From the NCBI GenBank assembly GCA_021775455.1, contig JAJFHU010000038.1, positions 17,315-81,314 on the forward strand: a stretch of 64,000 nucleotides of DNA. Reading direction: 5' to 3'. The first letter of the stretch is position 1; the number at the start of each line of letters is the position of its first letter. The notes beneath the pieces are model-generated. The model was not told where the DNA came from. It was given only the letters and a program-made list of their open reading frames with translations, and did no database searches. A program made the position numbers and the translations under genes. This stretch comes from Hyphomicrobiales bacterium. GTDB lineage: Bacteria > Pseudomonadota > Alphaproteobacteria > Rhizobiales > Rhizobiaceae. This document shows positions 13,331 through 26,778 of this stretch, one piece after another.

Positions 13331-14290
13331 TTACACAAACGATGCGGCGTAGGCGGGTGCGTTCACAGCAACCAGTTCACCATGCCGTACTTGTGGCCTT
13401 GTCATTGGCGATTCGACAAAATCGAAAGCATTCTTGTCTGAAAGAAGCGCTTCCAGGGCAATGGAATTTAACTTGTGCCCGCCACGATAAGAACGGAAGC
13501 AACCGATAATCGGCGCACCGGCAAGTGCCAGATCGCCAACCGCATCAAGTGTTTTGTGGCGAACAAATTCGTCTTCGTATCGCAGGCCCTCTGGATTGAT
13601 GATGCGATTGTCATCGCCAATAACAACTGAATTCTCAAGTGAGGAGCCAAGCGCAAAACCTGCTGCCCAAAGCCGTTCCACATCTTTCATAAATCCGAAA
13701 GTGCGCGCCCGGCTTAATTCGTTGCAGAATACTTCTTCGGTAATGTCGGAAGCGAATTTCTGTCTGCCAATAGCTTCACATTCGAAATCGATTTCAACCT
13801 CAAAACGAGTTCCTTCATAAGGCACAAACTCACCCCATGAAGTTCCCATTTCAACACGTATCGGCTTGTTAACCCGAATGTAGCAACGAGTCGCAGCAAG
13901 AGAAGTCAAACCAGTAGACTTGATTGCTTCAACGAATACAGTTGAGCTACCGTCCATCACCGGCACTTCGCTGGCATCCATCTCAACAATCACATTGTCG
14001 ACATTGAGCGCTCTTAAGGCAGCCATCAAATGTTCAATTGTTGCGACGTGCGCACCAGCAGGATTACCCAGTACTGTACACAAATCAGTGGCGCCCACCA
14101 TCTTGAGATTGGCCAGCAGGTCAACAGTGTCACCGCTCTCGGAATTGTCTGAAACGTTGAAGATAATGCCTGAATTTGCTTCAGCTGGCAGAAGTGTCAT
14201 GGTAACTTCCTGCCCTGAATGTACACCTACGCCAGAAAAACTGATTTTCTCTCTAAGTGTCGTCTGGTACCCCAGCACGTTAATCCCCAT
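13331..14290 (-). CDS. lpxC: UDP-3-O-acyl-N-acetylglucosamine deacetylase
   Basis: N-terminus QTTL...ISFSGVGVHSG, TIEHLMAAL, EVP.MDGS and HK.LD..GDL motifs, with a position directly downstream of ftsZ. Confidence 0.95.
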   Translation of the reverse strand: MGINVLGYQTTLREKISFSGVGVHSGQEVTMTLLPAEANSGIIFNVSDNSESGDTVDLLANLKMVGATDLCTVLGNPAGAHVATIEHLMAALRALNVDNVIVEMDASEVPVMDGSSTVFVEAIKSTGLTSLAATRCYIRVNKPIRVEMGTSWGEFVPYEGTRFEVEIDFECEAIGRQKFASDITEEVFCNELSRARTFGFMKDVERLWAAGFALGSSLENSVVIGDDNRIINPEGLRYEDEFVRHKTLDAVGDLALAGAPIIGCFRSYRGGHKLNSIALEALLSDKNAFDFVESPMTRPQVRHGELVAVNAPAYAASFV

Positions 14291-14496
14291 GGTCGCTCGC
14301 CCGTCCTGTATTATTGTGACCCAGCTTGTTGCTGTTCAGCCCAGGATCCAACCTTCCCTGTATGCGGTCTGATCCGTCTTATTTTCGCCGCAAACATACT
14401 CACGTTGAGTTAACATACCAAATCACGCTTTCTTACTCATTGTTACTATCCCCAACATGGGGGTTAATTTTTATCCTTTGTATTCAATGGTTTAAT

Positions 14497-14535
14497 TTAA
14501 AACACTCCATTGCAACATTTGTTACAAGGGAGTGT
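14497..14535 (-). terminator. Probable rho-independent terminator after ftsZ
   Basis: The stem acactcc...ggagtgt has an additional imperfect inner pairing. On the minus strand it is followed by TTTT, and it lies about 20 nt downstream of the ftsZ stop. Confidence 0.5.
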
Positions 14536-14556
14536 CATAAAAAATTGTTAACAAGT

Positions 14557-16215
14557 TCAGCCCGTTTGTCGTCGCAAAAATGCCGGAATATCCAACTGGT
14601 CATCCTCACTCAATTGTTTTTCAGAAGGATTGATTCTTCCATCACTTTTGAGTTCCGTCCTGCGAGGTGCATACGGGTTGTTGTCCACACGCGGTGCTTC
14701 CGGAGTTTCTGGAAGGTCATCGTGGGTGTCTTGCGACTGCAAGGGTTGCGCCAAATCATCATCTGCATCTTTGGCACCAAAGCCGCTCTTGAGCTTTTGC
14801 AGCAATCCCATAGGCCCATGAGCATCGCTTTCAGGTTGTGCAGGTCTCGATTTCAGTGACACCGCTACCTCCGCCTTTATGATAGATGGAAAATCATCGA
14901 CGTCTGGCATGACGGTCGCTTCAATGCGGCCTTCCGGCATCTCTGCGGCTGCCGGAACAAACTCACCATTCGGCATCAACTCTTCTTCGAGTGCTGCCTT
15001 GAACTCTTCCTCAACTACCGGATCTGAAAACAGGTTGGAAGCAGGTTTGAATGGTTCAAGACCAACACCATCGCGTTCTACCCGCTCAACTTTGGCAGCC
15101 TCGGTAAAGGTCTGTGTTTCAGTTTGTGAATTCAACTCAGCTACCCTACTCGCATCTTCTTCAAAATTGGATGCTGAAGGTGTTGCAATGGTCTGCCTCA
15201 TTAACGCTTCGGCACGACGCTCTGCTGCCGGTCGGTTACTCCGTATTGCAGTTCCATCAATTCCGGTAGCAACTACAGATACCCGAATGACACCTTCCAG
15301 GTTTTCGTCAAACGTGGCACCAAGAATGATGTTGGCTTCCTGATCGACTTCTTCGCGAATGCGCGTGGCTGCTTCATCCACCTCAAACAGGGTAAGATCG
15401 CGACCACCAGTAATCGAAATCAACAGGCCTTGCGCACCGCGCATGGAGGTTTCATCCAGCAACGGATTGGAAATCGCAGCTTCAGCAGCCTGCATGGCCC
15501 GGCCATCCCCGCTTGCTTCGCCGGTCCCCATCATTGCCTTGCCCATTTCCTGCATGACTGAGCGAACATCTGCAAAGTCCAGATTGATTAGGCCTTCCTT
15601 GACCATCAGGTCAGTAATGCACGCAACCCCGGAGTAAAGAACCTGGTCCGCCATGCCAAAGGCATCGGCAAACGTGGTTTTCTCGTTGGCGATACGAAAA
15701 AGATTCTGGTTTGGAATTACGATCAACGTATCCACATTCTTTTGAAGTTCGATAATTCCAGCTTCTGCGGTCTCCATGCGGCGTTGACCTTCAAACTGGA
15801 ATGGCTTGGTGACTACACCAACCGTAAGAACTCCCTTTTCCCGGGCGGCTCGGGCAACAACCGGAGCGGCACCGGTTCCCGTACCACCACCCATACCGGC
15901 CGTGACAAAGGCCATGTGTGTACCGGTCAAATAATCACATATCTCGTCAATGCATTCTTCTGCTGCTGCACGACCAACTTCTGGTTGAGAGCCAGCCCCC
16001 AATCCTTCAGTAACATCTACACCCAGTTGAACAACCTTGTCAGCAGATGACATGGACAATGCTTGGGCATCGGTATTGGCAACCACAAAGTCTACGCCCT
16101 GCAATCCACCCTGGATCATGTTGTTGACAGCGTTCCCGCCACCGCCCCCGACACCGAACACGGTAATCTTTGGTTTCAGCTCTGTAATGTCAGGCTTCTG
16201 CAGGTTGATAGTCAT
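14557..16215 (-). CDS. ftsZ: Cell division GTPase FtsZ with a long alphaproteobacterial-type linker
   Basis: [13 protein letters not shown] tubulin signature, [20 protein letters not shown], and a conserved C-terminal peptide DIPAFLRRQ. Confidence 0.98.
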   Translation of the reverse strand: MTINLQKPDITELKPKITVFGVGGGGGNAVNNMIQGGLQGVDFVVANTDAQALSMSSADKVVQLGVDVTEGLGAGSQPEVGRAAAEECIDEICDYLTGTHMAFVTAGMGGGTGTGAAPVVARAAREKGVLTVGVVTKPFQFEGQRRMETAEAGIIELQKNVDTLIVIPNQNLFRIANEKTTFADAFGMADQVLYSGVACITDLMVKEGLINLDFADVRSVMQEMGKAMMGTGEASGDGRAMQAAEAAISNPLLDETSMRGAQGLLISITGGRDLTLFEVDEAATRIREEVDQEANIILGATFDENLEGVIRVSVVATGIDGTAIRSNRPAAERRAEALMRQTIATPSASNFEEDASRVAELNSQTETQTFTEAAKVERVERDGVGLEPFKPASNLFSDPVVEEEFKAALEEELMPNGEFVPAAAEMPEGRIEATVMPDVDDFPSIIKAEVAVSLKSRPAQPESDAHGPMGLLQKLKSGFGAKDADDDLAQPLQSQDTHDDLPETPEAPRVDNNPYAPRRTELKSDGRINPSEKQLSEDDQLDIPAFLRRQTG

Positions 16216-16263
16216 TTTCTGTCTCCATTTTTATGCCGGGACCGCAACCCCGACGTGCCGCAT

Positions 16264-17595
16264 TCAAAAATTCTCTCGTAGCCAGCTTCCAAACCGGCCA
16301 ATTGGTCCGTCAGTTCCGGTTCCAAGGCGACTGCCAAAGCCGCTTGAACCTGAAAAATTCTCAATTTGTGCCATTTGTGGGTAGATCACGAGGCCAACCG
16401 CTGTCGAAAAGGAAGGGCCTTTCGCAGCCACCGGCAAACCCTCAATTCCCATTGGGCGCCCGAGTCGTACATTTCGTGACAGTATCCGGCGGGCAACCTC
16501 GGACATCCCGTTCAACTGGCTCGCACCACCAGTCAAAACCAGACGCTTGCCTACCGCATTGGCAAAGCCGGAGCGAACCAGACGATCACGTATCATCTCA
16601 AGGGTTTCTTCCACCCGCGGACGAATTATTCTGGTGACTTGCGCCCTGGAAGCCTGCGTAGGTGCATCCATTTCTTCTTCTGCTATCGGAGGTATTGTAA
16701 CCATTGCTTCAGCGTCACTTGACCCAAGCAATGCCGAGCCATGTTTGATTTTTAACAATTCGGCGTCTTCCAGGCGGGTCGACAAACCTCTCGCAAGATC
16801 CATGGTCACATGGTGGCCACCGATTGCAATGGCGTCTGAATAAACGAACCGCCCATCCATAAAGACTGAAAGCGTAGTAGTGCCGCCGCCTATATCAATA
16901 CAGGCGCATCCCATCTGCATTTCATCATCGACCAAAGCCGCAAGCCCGGCTGCATAGGGTGTAGCAACCATCGTTTCCACGGAAAGATGGGCACGGTTTA
17001 TACAAAGTTCCAAATTTCGAAGTGGCGCAATTTCGGCCGTCACCACATGCATATCGACCCCAAGTCGTTCACCGATCATGCCACGCGGATCACCAATTCC
17101 ATGTTCTCCATCCAGCGAGTAACCGATTGGAATTGAGTGAACGACTGAACGCTCAGGTGCCAAAGCGTGCGCCGCTCCAGCCTGGAGAACTTGCGAAATA
17201 TCACCGCTTTCAACTGCATGTCCGCCAAGCGAGATATCGGCTGAAAAAGCTTCACTTACCAAACGACCGGAGGAAACGTTGGTGATGAGGGAATCGACCG
17301 TCACGCCAGCCATTCGCTCAGCTGCTTCCACCGAATTGCGGATCGCTTGTTCGGCCGCATCAAGATTGACAACAACGCCAGACTTGATACCCCGCGCCCG
17401 TTGATGCCCGATACCAAGCACCTTGATCTTGTGAGTTCTTCCCGGAAGCACTTCACTTTCGGGTCTTGGCGTTAGTTTCGCGATCAAACAACAAAATTTT
17501 GAAGTGCCAATATCAAGCACACTGACCATGGTCGAACGCTTGTCCGAGAGCGGCTTCATGATTGGTAGACTTTGACCATTTCGGAGCAAACTCAT
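16264..17595 (-). CDS. ftsA: Cell division protein FtsA
   Basis: Actin-like ATPase motifs (VLDIGTSK, DIGGGTT, LTGGASQL) in the position between ftsQ and ftsZ. Confidence 0.95.
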   Translation of the reverse strand: MSLLRNGQSLPIMKPLSDKRSTMVSVLDIGTSKFCCLIAKLTPRPESEVLPGRTHKIKVLGIGHQRARGIKSGVVVNLDAAEQAIRNSVEAAERMAGVTVDSLITNVSSGRLVSEAFSADISLGGHAVESGDISQVLQAGAAHALAPERSVVHSIPIGYSLDGEHGIGDPRGMIGERLGVDMHVVTAEIAPLRNLELCINRAHLSVETMVATPYAAGLAALVDDEMQMGCACIDIGGGTTTLSVFMDGRFVYSDAIAIGGHHVTMDLARGLSTRLEDAELLKIKHGSALLGSSDAEAMVTIPPIAEEEMDAPTQASRAQVTRIIRPRVEETLEMIRDRLVRSGFANAVGKRLVLTGGASQLNGMSEVARRILSRNVRLGRPMGIEGLPVAAKGPSFSTAVGLVIYPQMAQIENFSGSSGFGSRLGTGTDGPIGRFGSWLRENF

Positions 17596-18536
17596 GTGCT
17601 TTGCCCCTCATTCTTGATCAGCTTTTCAATATATGAGCGTCGGATTTCACCCTGGCCAGATTTCAGGCGAAATACCAATCGGTCTGTCAGTCGCATATCA
17701 ATTTGAACGAGTTCCCGATCCAGAATTTCCTGATGGGTTTGCAGATCATACAACTCAGCAATACTTGGTTCCCATTCATTCTCAGGCAGCAAAACCTTCG
17801 TGCCATCCCTCAGCACAAGGTTCCATCGCCGCTTGCCTACACGTACATAGGCCTGAACTCTCGATGCCAGCATGGGATAACTGGCCATAACGGTCAGAAA
17901 CTCTCCAGCCGCAAGTTCAGCACCTTCACCCACCACCTGCGGCAGTTGCGGCGGCGTGTCATTAATATCCACAACTACCGTACCATCGCTGGCAATGAGC
18001 TTCATTTCACCACCGCTCTTCCAGATGGCAAATGGCTCGCGCTCAATAATGTCGATGGAAACGGTATCCGGATAGACTTTGCGCACCGTTGCACTTTGAA
18101 TTCTGGAATTGTGCTTCAGCAGATTTCTTGCATTGGCGGCATCAAATGCGAAAATGGATTTCTCAAGTTCGGCTGAAAGCAAAAACTTGAGTGCTTCCCG
18201 ATCCACGTTTGGACCACCCCGCACAACAAGATTGTTAATTCTGAACCCTAACGCCGTCGCAGTAGTGGAAAGATAACTCTTTGCTGTATCATTGTTGCTT
18301 GCCCAATATCCCGCAGCAGGCAAAGCGATCAACAGCGTAACAACCGTAAGCACACGTTTGGAGCGCAATAGTTTCAGCGGTGAGAGCCCGGACAAACTCC
18401 TGAAAGGACGCCGAATAAAACGCGGCAAGACAAGAGCACCGGAAGCACTGGCTACCGGTTCATGCAAACCGGATGTACCGGCGCTATCTGGGGATTTTTT
18501 CCCTAGCGATTGCACGAAGCGTCCTCCACAATCCAA
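17592..18536 (-). CDS. ftsQ: Cell division protein FtsQ
   Basis: A single transmembrane segment ([14 protein letters not shown]) followed by POTRA/FtsQ-type domains, in the expected position. The start is uncertain because the track ORF overlaps the ddl 3-prime end. Confidence 0.85.
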   Translation of the reverse strand: MDCGGRFVQSLGKKSPDSAGTSGLHEPVASASGALVLPRFIRRPFRSLSGLSPLKLLRSKRVLTVVTLLIALPAAGYWASNNDTAKSYLSTTATALGFRINNLVVRGGPNVDREALKFLLSAELEKSIFAFDAANARNLLKHNSRIQSATVRKVYPDTVSIDIIEREPFAIWKSGGEMKLIASDGTVVVDINDTPPQLPQVVGEGAELAAGEFLTVMASYPMLASRVQAYVRVGKRRWNLVLRDGTKVLLPENEWEPSIAELYDLQTHQEILDRELVQIDMRLTDRLVFRLKSGQGEIRRSYIEKLIKNEGQST

Positions 18537-19429
18537 CTCAAGAGTTCCTCAAAAGAATGACCCGCATGCTGGGCCAGTTCCGGCAAAAGGGAGGTCGGCG
18601 TCATGCCGGGTTGGGTGTTAACTTCCAACCAAACAAGTTCCCCGGTCCCCATAAGCCCGTCATCCAGAATGAAATCAGAGCGGGTAACACCCCGACATCC
18701 AATGATCTGATGGGCCTTCAAAGCCAGTGTCTGAATGTTTTGGTAAATATTTGGTTTAATTTTTGCCGGAACTACGTGTTTTGAGCCGCCAGGACGGTAT
18801 TTTGCTTCATAATCGTAAAATTGTGCACCTTGCGGGATGATTTCCGTCACAGCAAGGGCCACATCTCCCATTACCGCACACGTCATTTCACGCCCGTTTA
18901 CGAATCGCTCGACCATTAATCGGTCGCCATATGGCCAGTCACTGGAGTGCAATTCCTGCGGCGGATTGCTCATATCCTCGCGCACCATGAAAACTCCAAA
19001 TGAAGAACCCTCACTAACCGGCTTGATGACGTATGGAGGCTTCATTATGTGCTTTTCGGCAATTTCGGCCCGATCAGCGATTACGGAATTCGCAACCGGA
19101 ATTCCAACCGACTTCGCTATTCGCTTGGCCATGTCCTTGTTCATCGCCAGACTGGAGGCAAGCACACCTGAATGTGTGTAGGGAATGTTCAGAAATTCCA
19201 GCACACCCTGGATAAGACCGTCTTCACCAAAAGGGCCATGAAGTGCATTAAATGCCACATCAGGATTGAGCTCCCGCAAGACTGAACTGATTTTTCGGTC
19301 AACATCAACTTCGGTTACCTTGTAACCAGCGTTTTTCAGACCCTGCGCACAGGCCGTTCCCGATGAAAGCGAAACTTCCCGTTCCGCTGACCATCCACCC
19401 ATCAACACCGCAACATGTTTGTTAGCCAT
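18503..19429 (-). CDS. ddl: D-alanine--D-alanine ligase
   Basis: [21 protein letters not shown]..., [13 protein letters not shown]-grasp motifs and C-terminal EVNTQPGMT. The start is placed at the internal ATG preceded by GGGGA. Confidence 0.95.
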   Translation of the reverse strand: MANKHVAVLMGGWSAEREVSLSSGTACAQGLKNAGYKVTEVDVDRKISSVLRELNPDVAFNALHGPFGEDGLIQGVLEFLNIPYTHSGVLASSLAMNKDMAKRIAKSVGIPVANSVIADRAEIAEKHIMKPPYVIKPVSEGSSFGVFMVREDMSNPPQELHSSDWPYGDRLMVERFVNGREMTCAVMGDVALAVTEIIPQGAQFYDYEAKYRPGGSKHVVPAKIKPNIYQNIQTLALKAHQIIGCRGVTRSDFILDDGLMGTGELVWLEVNTQPGMTPTSLLPELAQHAGHSFEELLSWIVEDASCNR

Positions 19430-19584
19430 AAGGCATTCCCCTGGTTTGAATTCAGAACCTGAAATCCGAATCCCAATTTCCCCGTGTTCGCGATTTTCCA
19501 ATCGCAAAAAACCATATACGCCTGCCTGTTATGGAATTAGACCGTTCGATTTTTTCGAATTCTGGCCTTACTCAATCTTTCCGG

Positions 19585-20547
19585 TTATTCTTTTTGTTCC
19601 GGTAAAGACTCAACTTCTTGCCCCCGGGCAAATCGCCCGAAGCGCTTGATTTCCCACTTTAGCGAAATTCCTGAGTTTGCCAAGACCTTTTCGCGAACCA
19701 TTTCACCAAGAGATTCAAGATCATAGGCTGTTGCGTTACCGTCATTTATCATGAAATTGCAGTGCAATTCGCTCATTTTGGCACCGCCTATTCGCGCTCC
19801 GCGCATCCCGGCTGAATCAATAACCTTCCAGGAACTCGTACCTTCAGGATTCTTGAAAGTGGAACCGCCAGTCTTCTCGCGAATTGGCTGGACAGTTTCG
19901 CGATGATATTGAACCTCATCCATAGTTTTTTGAATGGTTTCAAGCTTTTCTGGAAACCCTGCAAAAACAGCTTTTGTAAAAATAAGATCAGATGCAGCCT
20001 TTGAATGCCGATAGCTGTACCCCATATCTGCATGCGAAAGCACACGCTTGTTGCCTTGGCGATCAACAGCATGAATTTTGACCACGCGATCTGTAGTTTC
20101 CGTTCCATTGGCACCGGCATTCATCCGCAATGCACCCCCAATGGAACCTGGAATACCGTGGTAGAATTCAAATCCGCCCAGTCCCAACTCCAGCGCCTTG
20201 GCGGAAAGTTTCTTGTCAGGCGCAGCCGCACCAGCCAAAATGCGGTTTTCTCCTGCACTTTCCACCATGCCGAATCCTTTGGCGGACAGGCGAATTACCA
20301 CACCCTCAATGCCGCCATCGCGGACTAGCAAGTTGGACCCGACACCGACTACGGTCACCGGAATATCAGCAGGCAAGAACTTAAAAAACTCTGCAAGATC
20401 ATCTTCGTCAGCGGGTTGAAACAGAAGATCAGCTGGCCCACCAACCTGGAACCATGTAAGTTTCGCCATGGATGCATCAGGCGTTAGCCGGCCTTTAATT
20501 TTGCCGACGCGGTCACCCAATTTTTGAAGCAGCGCTTCGCCGCTCAT
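19585..20547 (-). CDS. murB: UDP-N-acetylenolpyruvoylglucosamine reductase
   Basis: FAD-binding domain ([24 protein letters not shown]) and C-terminal GGSTFKNP...AG..GA.IGGA..S..H.NF. Confidence 0.95.
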   Translation of the reverse strand: MSGEALLQKLGDRVGKIKGRLTPDASMAKLTWFQVGGPADLLFQPADEDDLAEFFKFLPADIPVTVVGVGSNLLVRDGGIEGVVIRLSAKGFGMVESAGENRILAGAAAPDKKLSAKALELGLGGFEFYHGIPGSIGGALRMNAGANGTETTDRVVKIHAVDRQGNKRVLSHADMGYSYRHSKAASDLIFTKAVFAGFPEKLETIQKTMDEVQYHRETVQPIREKTGGSTFKNPEGTSSWKVIDSAGMRGARIGGAKMSELHCNFMINDGNATAYDLESLGEMVREKVLANSGISLKWEIKRFGRFARGQEVESLPEQKE

Positions 20548-21959
20548 TTCCTGGAGCCTCCGAGTGCTTTCAATTCATCCTCAAGCGAATGCGCCCACTT
20601 GGTAATGTCTCCTGCACCGAGAAAAATCACGTAGTCCTCCGGATGTGCGATTTCTGCAATTTTGCCTGCAAGCACTTCCGGACCGGAAACTGCCATGGCA
20701 TTTCGATGCCCAGCAGACACAAGGCCCGCTGCCAGATGTTCAGCATCAGCGCCAACAATTGGTTGCTCGCCGGCAGGATACACTGGCGCTATCATTACCG
20801 TATCGGCATCGTTAAAACAGGTGCAAAATTCATCGAACAAATCTTTTAGTCTGGAATAGCGGTGCGGCTGCTTTATCGCTATCACCTTGCCGTTGCTTGA
20901 CTGCTTGGCAGCCGCAAGTACTGCAGAAATTTCAACCGGGTGGTGGGCGTAGTCATCAAAAATCTCAACGCCATTCCAGCTGCCCGCATGGGTGAAGCGC
21001 CGGCGCACTCCGCCAAATGATCCCAGACCTTTGCGAATGTCATCATGAGAAACACCTAATTCCAATGCAATCGCGATTGCAGCAGTTGCATTCGAAACAT
21101 TGTGCATTCCGGGCATTGGTAATTCCAGACGTTCAAGGCGTACAACTTTCCCGGTTCTGCGCTCGCGGCGTTCAACCGTGAAGATCGACTTCGCGCCTTC
21201 CGATTTCACATCGCTGAAGCGAACTTCCGCCTGTCTTGTCCGGCCGTAGGTAATAACCCGGCGATCCGTTATCTTCGCGACTTGGCGCTGGACTTCCGGA
21301 TGATCAAGGCACATTACTCCAAATCCATAAAACGGAACATTCTCGACAAACTGAGCGAACGCACTCTTGACCGCTTCAAAATCCCCATAGTGATCAAGAT
21401 GCTCCGGATCGATGTTCGTGACGACCGCAACGTCGGCAGGAAGACGCAAGAATGTGCCGTCTGACTCATCTGCCTCCACAACCATCCAGTCGCCGTCACC
21501 CATGCGCGCATTGGTGCCATATTCATTGATGATGCCACCATTGATAACTGTCGGATCAAGACCGCCAGCAACGAGCAAGGCACCAACCATCGAAGTAGTA
21601 GTCGTTTTCCCGTGAGTGCCGCCAATGGCAATCGATCTCTTGAAACGCATCAGTTCCGCCAGCATTTCCGCACGGCGCACCGTCGGAAGGTTTCGCTCCC
21701 GCGCAGCAACCCGTTCGGGATTGTCCTGTTTGATGGCGCTTGAAGCGACTACGACTTCCGAATCACCCAGATTTTCAGCCCTGTGCCCGATGTGAACGGT
21801 AATACCCTTGTCCCGAAGGCGTTGAACGTTTGCGCTTTCTGCCTGGTCAGATCCCTGCACATCATAGCCAAGATTGTGCAGCACTTCGGCAATGCCACTC
21901 ATGCCGATTCCACCAATGCCAACGAAATGTACGAGGCCAATTTTCTCAGGCATTTTCAT
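20544..21959 (-). CDS. murC: UDP-N-acetylmuramate--L-alanine ligase
   Basis: [17 protein letters not shown] and [14 protein letters not shown]-loop motifs. There is a 4-nt overlap with murB. Confidence 0.95.
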   Translation of the reverse strand: MKMPEKIGLVHFVGIGGIGMSGIAEVLHNLGYDVQGSDQAESANVQRLRDKGITVHIGHRAENLGDSEVVVASSAIKQDNPERVAARERNLPTVRRAEMLAELMRFKRSIAIGGTHGKTTTTSMVGALLVAGGLDPTVINGGIINEYGTNARMGDGDWMVVEADESDGTFLRLPADVAVVTNIDPEHLDHYGDFEAVKSAFAQFVENVPFYGFGVMCLDHPEVQRQVAKITDRRVITYGRTRQAEVRFSDVKSEGAKSIFTVERRERRTGKVVRLERLELPMPGMHNVSNATAAIAIALELGVSHDDIRKGLGSFGGVRRRFTHAGSWNGVEIFDDYAHHPVEISAVLAAAKQSSNGKVIAIKQPHRYSRLKDLFDEFCTCFNDADTVMIAPVYPAGEQPIVGADAEHLAAGLVSAGHRNAMAVSGPEVLAGKIAEIAHPEDYVIFLGAGDITKWAHSLEDELKALGGSRK

Positions 21960-21976
21960 GGCGGGTAATCCTGAAT

Positions 21977-23065
21977 TTATCCGGTTATGATTTGTTCGAC
22001 ACAGTCCGCCAACTCTGCAGCGGCTTGCGGTTTTCCTGTCTTTTTGGCTTTTTCGGCGGCAAGTGCAAGTCTTTTTGGTTCGTCCATGGCAGACTTGAGA
22101 AGCGTCGCGAGTTTGTCAGCTGTCAATTCCGCCTGCGCAACTATTTCCGCACCACCAGCCTTTGCCATGCTTGCGGCATTGGCCGCTTGGTCATGATCAA
22201 GCGCATAAGGATACGGTATCAGGATCGCCGGTCTTCCAATAACCGATAATTCACTCACGGTAGAGGCTCCTGCCCGCGACATGACAAGGTGTGCATCAAC
22301 AATTCTTGAAGCCATATCGTCGAAGAAAGGCTTTACTTCTGCGGCAACACCAACATCATCTAAACGATGCTCAAGCTCTGCGATGCCTTCAGGTCTTGCC
22401 TGCTGAACAATTCTAAGGCGTTTCCGGTGATCCTCTGGCAACAATGCACAGGCAGCCGGAACGACTCCACTGAAATAGGCTGCACCCTGGCTACCGCCAA
22501 ATACAAGCAAATTGAATTTATCCGTCGGTTTGCGTGACCTGTATGGCTTTGACGCGGCCTTTACTACCTGAGGTCTTACTGGATTTCCGGTGATGATTGC
22601 ACTTTTCGATCCGCCACCCGAAACTGCCTCAAATCCCATTGCCACCCGTGTCACATGAGGTAGCAAAAAGCGATTTGCCCTGCCAATCACCGCGTTTTGC
22701 TCATGAATTAATGTCGGCAACCCCAATCTCGCCGCCGCGAACAAAGGCGGAATTGTCGGATACCCCCCAAATCCTGCAACAGCCAAAGGTGATAATTCCT
22801 TTAGGAGCGCCTGGCTCTGCCGGTATCCGGCAAACAGCGTCATTATCGTTTTTAGTATTTTCAGGGGGTTTTTGGAGCCAAGCGTTGCAGATTTAACTGT
22901 ATGGATTTTCTCAGCCGGAAAATTGCCGGCAAAACGTTCAACCCGTTCATCGGCGGCCAGATGAATTGTGTAACCACGCTTGACCAGTTCGTGGGCAAGT
23001 GCTTCAGCCGGAAACAGGTGTCCACCCGTACCACCGGCACAAAGAAGAATGTTTTTCATTGCCAT
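21977..23065 (-). CDS. murG: UDP-N-acetylglucosamine--N-acetylmuramyl-(pentapeptide) pyrophosphoryl-undecaprenol GlcNAc transferase
   Basis: [11 protein letters not shown] motif near the N-terminus and GT28 C-terminal motifs (GGSQGA, RAGASTV.E). The start is trimmed to MAMKNILL, downstream of the ftsW stop. Confidence 0.95.
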   Translation of the reverse strand: MAMKNILLCAGGTGGHLFPAEALAHELVKRGYTIHLAADERVERFAGNFPAEKIHTVKSATLGSKNPLKILKTIMTLFAGYRQSQALLKELSPLAVAGFGGYPTIPPLFAAARLGLPTLIHEQNAVIGRANRFLLPHVTRVAMGFEAVSGGGSKSAIITGNPVRPQVVKAASKPYRSRKPTDKFNLLVFGGSQGAAYFSGVVPAACALLPEDHRKRLRIVQQARPEGIAELEHRLDDVGVAAEVKPFFDDMASRIVDAHLVMSRAGASTVSELSVIGRPAILIPYPYALDHDQAANAASMAKAGGAEIVAQAELTADKLATLLKSAMDEPKRLALAAEKAKKTGKPQAAAELADCVEQIITG

Positions 23066-23078
23066 GCAGATGTTCCGA

Positions 23079-24233
23079 CTATTGCGCTGGTTGCCCAAAA
23101 CCCACCGTAAATCCCGATGTTGGCTTTGCTCTCGATTCGGGCCTGCTGCGCGTTAAAGCAAGCAGGAAACCCATACTGATTGCCATGGCAGCCAGCGATG
23201 ACCCTCCATAGGAAATGAAGGGCAATGTCATTCCCTTGGCAGGCAACAACTGCAAATTTACGCCCATATTGATGAGCGATTGTGCGCCGAACAGGATCAA
23301 CAATCCTCCGGCTGCAAGTCGTACATAACCATCTTTTTCAGAAAGCGCCTTGCTGAATCCCCGCAAAACTATGAACGCGTATATGGACACAAGTAGAATA
23401 CAGGCGACGATACCAAACTCTTCCGCTGCTACTGCAAATGGAAAATCGGCATGACCGTCGGGAAGGATGTTCTTCACCGTTCCCTCACCCGGTCCCTGAC
23501 CCAACCATCCCCCATTGATTACCGCATCAAGCGCAGTTTCAACCTGAAAATTATCTCCCTCTCCTGAAATAAACCGGTTAATTCGCCCGGCAACGTGCGG
23601 GAAAAATGAATATGCCAGTCCAAAGGCTGCCAAACCCATTGCACCTAGCGCCATTATCCATATCCAGGACATGCCCGCCATAAAAAACAATGCGCCCCAT
23701 ATGATGGAAACAAGCAACATTTGGCCGAAGTCGGGTTGGGCAATCAGCAATGCAGCGACTATCGCAAACAGTATGATCGAAAACAGATTACCTGGAACAT
23801 CCATTCGCCGGGAATTTTCCGCAAACAGCCAGGCAGTAATGACCGCAAATGCCGGTTTTACAAACTCTGATGGTTGCAAACCAAACCCGGCAATATTCAA
23901 CCAGCGGCGCGATCCCTTTACCTCGGATCCAACAAACAGTGTTGCCAGCATCAACAGGATGGAAATCGCAAATAAGACAAAAGCCGCCCGCCGGACATGC
24001 TTCGGTGAAAGCATCGAAAATCCGATGAGAATAACCAGCGAGGGGATCAGGAATATCGCGTGCCGTTTTACGAAGTGGTATTCGTCCAATCCAATTCGAT
24101 CCGCCACCGGCGGACTGGCTGCAAATGACAAAAGAAAGCCGCTAAGCATCAACAACAAGATTGACACCAAAAGGGGGCGGTCAACCGTTCTCCACCATTC
24201 AGCTAACAGGCTGCGATCAGTACGACTTACCAT
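23079..24233 (-). CDS. ftsW: Peptidoglycan glycosyltransferase FtsW (SEDS family)
   Basis: Multi-pass membrane protein with SEDS motifs ([26 protein letters not shown]) in the expected position. Confidence 0.95.
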   Translation of the reverse strand: MVSRTDRSLLAEWWRTVDRPLLVSILLLMLSGFLLSFAASPPVADRIGLDEYHFVKRHAIFLIPSLVILIGFSMLSPKHVRRAAFVLFAISILLMLATLFVGSEVKGSRRWLNIAGFGLQPSEFVKPAFAVITAWLFAENSRRMDVPGNLFSIILFAIVAALLIAQPDFGQMLLVSIIWGALFFMAGMSWIWIMALGAMGLAAFGLAYSFFPHVAGRINRFISGEGDNFQVETALDAVINGGWLGQGPGEGTVKNILPDGHADFPFAVAAEEFGIVACILLVSIYAFIVLRGFSKALSEKDGYVRLAAGGLLILFGAQSLINMGVNLQLLPAKGMTLPFISYGGSSLAAMAISMGFLLALTRSRPESRAKPTSGFTVGFGQPAQ

Positions 24234-25645
24234 TTTTGTGTCTCCCCGTATGGAACAAGACCATCCAGCCTGGTCACGGCTTCACGAAAAGCTTCACCTC
24301 TTGCTTCGAAATTTGGAAACTGGTCGAAACTGGCACAGGCCGGAGAAAGCAACACGACATTGGAATCTCCTTTGGCATCTCCCGCATCCTTGGCCGCATG
24401 ACGAACCGCCGCCTCAATTGTTCCTGAAATCTCGTACGCAACTTCGTTTCCAAGCGCAGCGGCAAATTCCGGTGCAGCCTCACCAACAAGATACGCCTTG
24501 GCAACATCAGGAAAATGGGACCGTAAAGGTTCAATACCCGCATCTTTGGCAAGTCCACCAGCGATCCAGTATATATTCTTGAAACTGCCAAGAGCCATGG
24601 ATGAAGATTCAGCGTTGGTGGCCTTGGAGTCATTGACGAAACTCGTGTGTCCGATTGAACCAATCACCTCCATGCGGTGCGCCAGCCCCGGAAACGAATT
24701 CAACCCAGATTGAATTTCCTCGTTTGAAAGTCCTGACAAGTGACAGGCAATCCAGGCTGCTGCCGAATTCTGAAGATTGTGACTTCCCCGCAGAGAGGCA
24801 ATTCCCTCCAGACCAGCAACCTCGGTTTCGTTGCCGTCAATGTTGCTGATGAGTTTTTCGCCATTTGAATATACCCCACATTTAACCGGACCCTTTACCG
24901 AAATTCTAAAAACTTCTTTCCCGTCAGATTCGAGGCAATCAGCAATTTTTTGGCAGTATGCATCATCAACACCAATGGCGACCCGAACACTGCCCGCAAC
25001 TAATCGGGATTTTATCTCAGCGTAGTTTTCCATGGAACCATGTCTGTCCAGATGATCGGAAGAGAGGTTCAACAAGATACCAATGTCAGGATTGATACTC
25101 GGTGCCAGATCAATCTGGTAAGATGAGCATTCAACAACGTAATTCGTTTCATTGCTCATCTCATCAAGGGTCAGGACGGCTCGCCCGATATTGCCACCCA
25201 TTTCCACATCGCGGCCGCAATGCGAAAAAATGTGGGCGACGAGAGCAGTCGTTGTCGACTTGCCATTGGTGCCAGTAATCGCAACAAGGTTGCTGTTCGG
25301 TGCACTTGTATTTCGCTCATTTGCAAAGAGTTCAATATCGCCAATTATCGGAACATTTGCATCGTTGGCAAGTTCCACACACCAATGCGGTTTTGGGTGT
25401 GTTAGAGGCACTCCCGGCGCAAGCACCAACGCATAAACCGTCGCAAAATCGAGTTCCCGAAAATCAGCAGTCGTCACTCCGGATTTCGCGGCCTGTGAAA
25501 CCCTGTCCGGATTGTCATCAAATGCATGAACCCTTGCGCCACCTGCAATGAGGGCCTGCGCTGTTGCAAGACCGGATCCACCCAATCCAAAAAGGGCGAT
25601 CGTTTGGCCTTTGCATGTTGTGACCGGTATCATTTTTGTTGCCAA
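24227..25645 (-). CDS. murD: UDP-N-acetylmuramoylalanine--D-glutamate ligase
   Basis: FGLGGSG Rossmann-like N-terminus and [11 protein letters not shown]-loop, with Mur ligase middle and C-terminal domains. Confidence 0.95.
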   Translation of the reverse strand: MATKMIPVTTCKGQTIALFGLGGSGLATAQALIAGGARVHAFDDNPDRVSQAAKSGVTTADFRELDFATVYALVLAPGVPLTHPKPHWCVELANDANVPIIGDIELFANERNTSAPNSNLVAITGTNGKSTTTALVAHIFSHCGRDVEMGGNIGRAVLTLDEMSNETNYVVECSSYQIDLAPSINPDIGILLNLSSDHLDRHGSMENYAEIKSRLVAGSVRVAIGVDDAYCQKIADCLESDGKEVFRISVKGPVKCGVYSNGEKLISNIDGNETEVAGLEGIASLRGSHNLQNSAAAWIACHLSGLSNEEIQSGLNSFPGLAHRMEVIGSIGHTSFVNDSKATNAESSSMALGSFKNIYWIAGGLAKDAGIEPLRSHFPDVAKAYLVGEAAPEFAAALGNEVAYEISGTIEAAVRHAAKDAGDAKGDSNVVLLSPACASFDQFPNFEARGEAFREAVTRLDGLVPYGETQKW

Positions 25646-25651
25646 TTTAAC

Positions 25652-26737
25652 CTATCTCAATTTCAGGGTTGCCAACCCGATAAGGGCAAGCAGAACGGAA
25701 ACTATCCAGAACCGGATTACTACCTGACTCTCCGTCCAGCCCTTCTTTTCATAATGGTGGTGAATCGGTGCCATTCTGAAGACGCGTTTTCCGGTAATCC
25801 TGAAAGACGCCACCTGAATAATCACCGAGAGCGCTTCGACCACAAAAAGCCCACCGATTATCGCCAGTACGATTTCGTGCTTTGCTGCAACGGCAGTCGC
25901 TCCCAACATTCCGCCCAAGGCCAGTGAGCCCGTATCACCCATGAAGATTGCGGCCGGTGGCGCATTGAACCAAAGAAATCCCAATCCCGCGCCAATCACC
26001 GCGCCACATAGAACAGCAACTTCACCGGTGCCCGGTACAAAATGGATCTGGAGATAACCCGAGAAGATCGCATTACCTGAAAGATAAGCGATGACCCCGA
26101 ACGATCCCGCCGCGATCATGACAGGAACGATAGCCAATCCATCCAGTCCATCGGTCAGGTTCACCGCATTTGCAGCGCCCACAATTACGAAAGCCCCGAA
26201 TGGGATAAAGAAAATTCCAAGATTGATGATCAAATCTTTCAGGAAGGGAAATGTCAGGGAGGATGAAAAGGGTTGTTCCCCGGCGCTCATGACGGCGTAA
26301 CAAGCAAATGCCGCGATTATGAACTCCAGCACTAAACGAATTCGACCCGAAAACCCTTTGTGGTTGGCGCTGCTGATCTTCAGATAATCGTCGTAAAATC
26401 CGATCAGGCCAAATCCGATCGTGACCATCAAAACCACCCAAACATATATGCTGGAAAGGTTTGCCCAAAGGATCGAAGACACCAGCACACCACAAAGGAT
26501 CATCAATCCTCCCATGGTGGGCGTTCCTGCTTTTTCAAAGTGGCTTTCTGGCCCATCCGCCCGGATCGGTTGACCCTTGCCCTGCCTCAAACGCAGCGAT
26601 GAAATTATCGCCGGGCCAAAGAGAAACACAATCAATGCCGATGTGATCAATGCTCCGCCAGTTCGAAACGTGATGTATCGAAACACGTTAAATACCGAAA
26701 ACTGGGCCGAAAATTCTTGAGATAAATAATATAACAT
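25652..26737 (-). CDS. mraY: Phospho-N-acetylmuramoyl-pentapeptide transferase
   Basis: Motifs [36 protein letters not shown] and APIHHH.E..GW.E. Confidence 0.97.
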   Translation of the reverse strand: MLYYLSQEFSAQFSVFNVFRYITFRTGGALITSALIVFLFGPAIISSLRLRQGKGQPIRADGPESHFEKAGTPTMGGLMILCGVLVSSILWANLSSIYVWVVLMVTIGFGLIGFYDDYLKISSANHKGFSGRIRLVLEFIIAAFACYAVMSAGEQPFSSSLTFPFLKDLIINLGIFFIPFGAFVIVGAANAVNLTDGLDGLAIVPVMIAAGSFGVIAYLSGNAIFSGYLQIHFVPGTGEVAVLCGAVIGAGLGFLWFNAPPAAIFMGDTGSLALGGMLGATAVAAKHEIVLAIIGGLFVVEALSVIIQVASFRITGKRVFRMAPIHHHYEKKGWTESQVVIRFWIVSVLLALIGLATLKLR

Positions 26738-26778
26738 TTCATTCCCCTAACATCTTGCCGAACCAGTTCCATTCGGAG

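Noticed and set aside
23671-24582. 303-aa plus-strand ORF
   Set aside because: It lies entirely antisense to ftsW and murD, whose products carry unmistakable family motifs. The ORF product is low-complexity and has no recognisable features.
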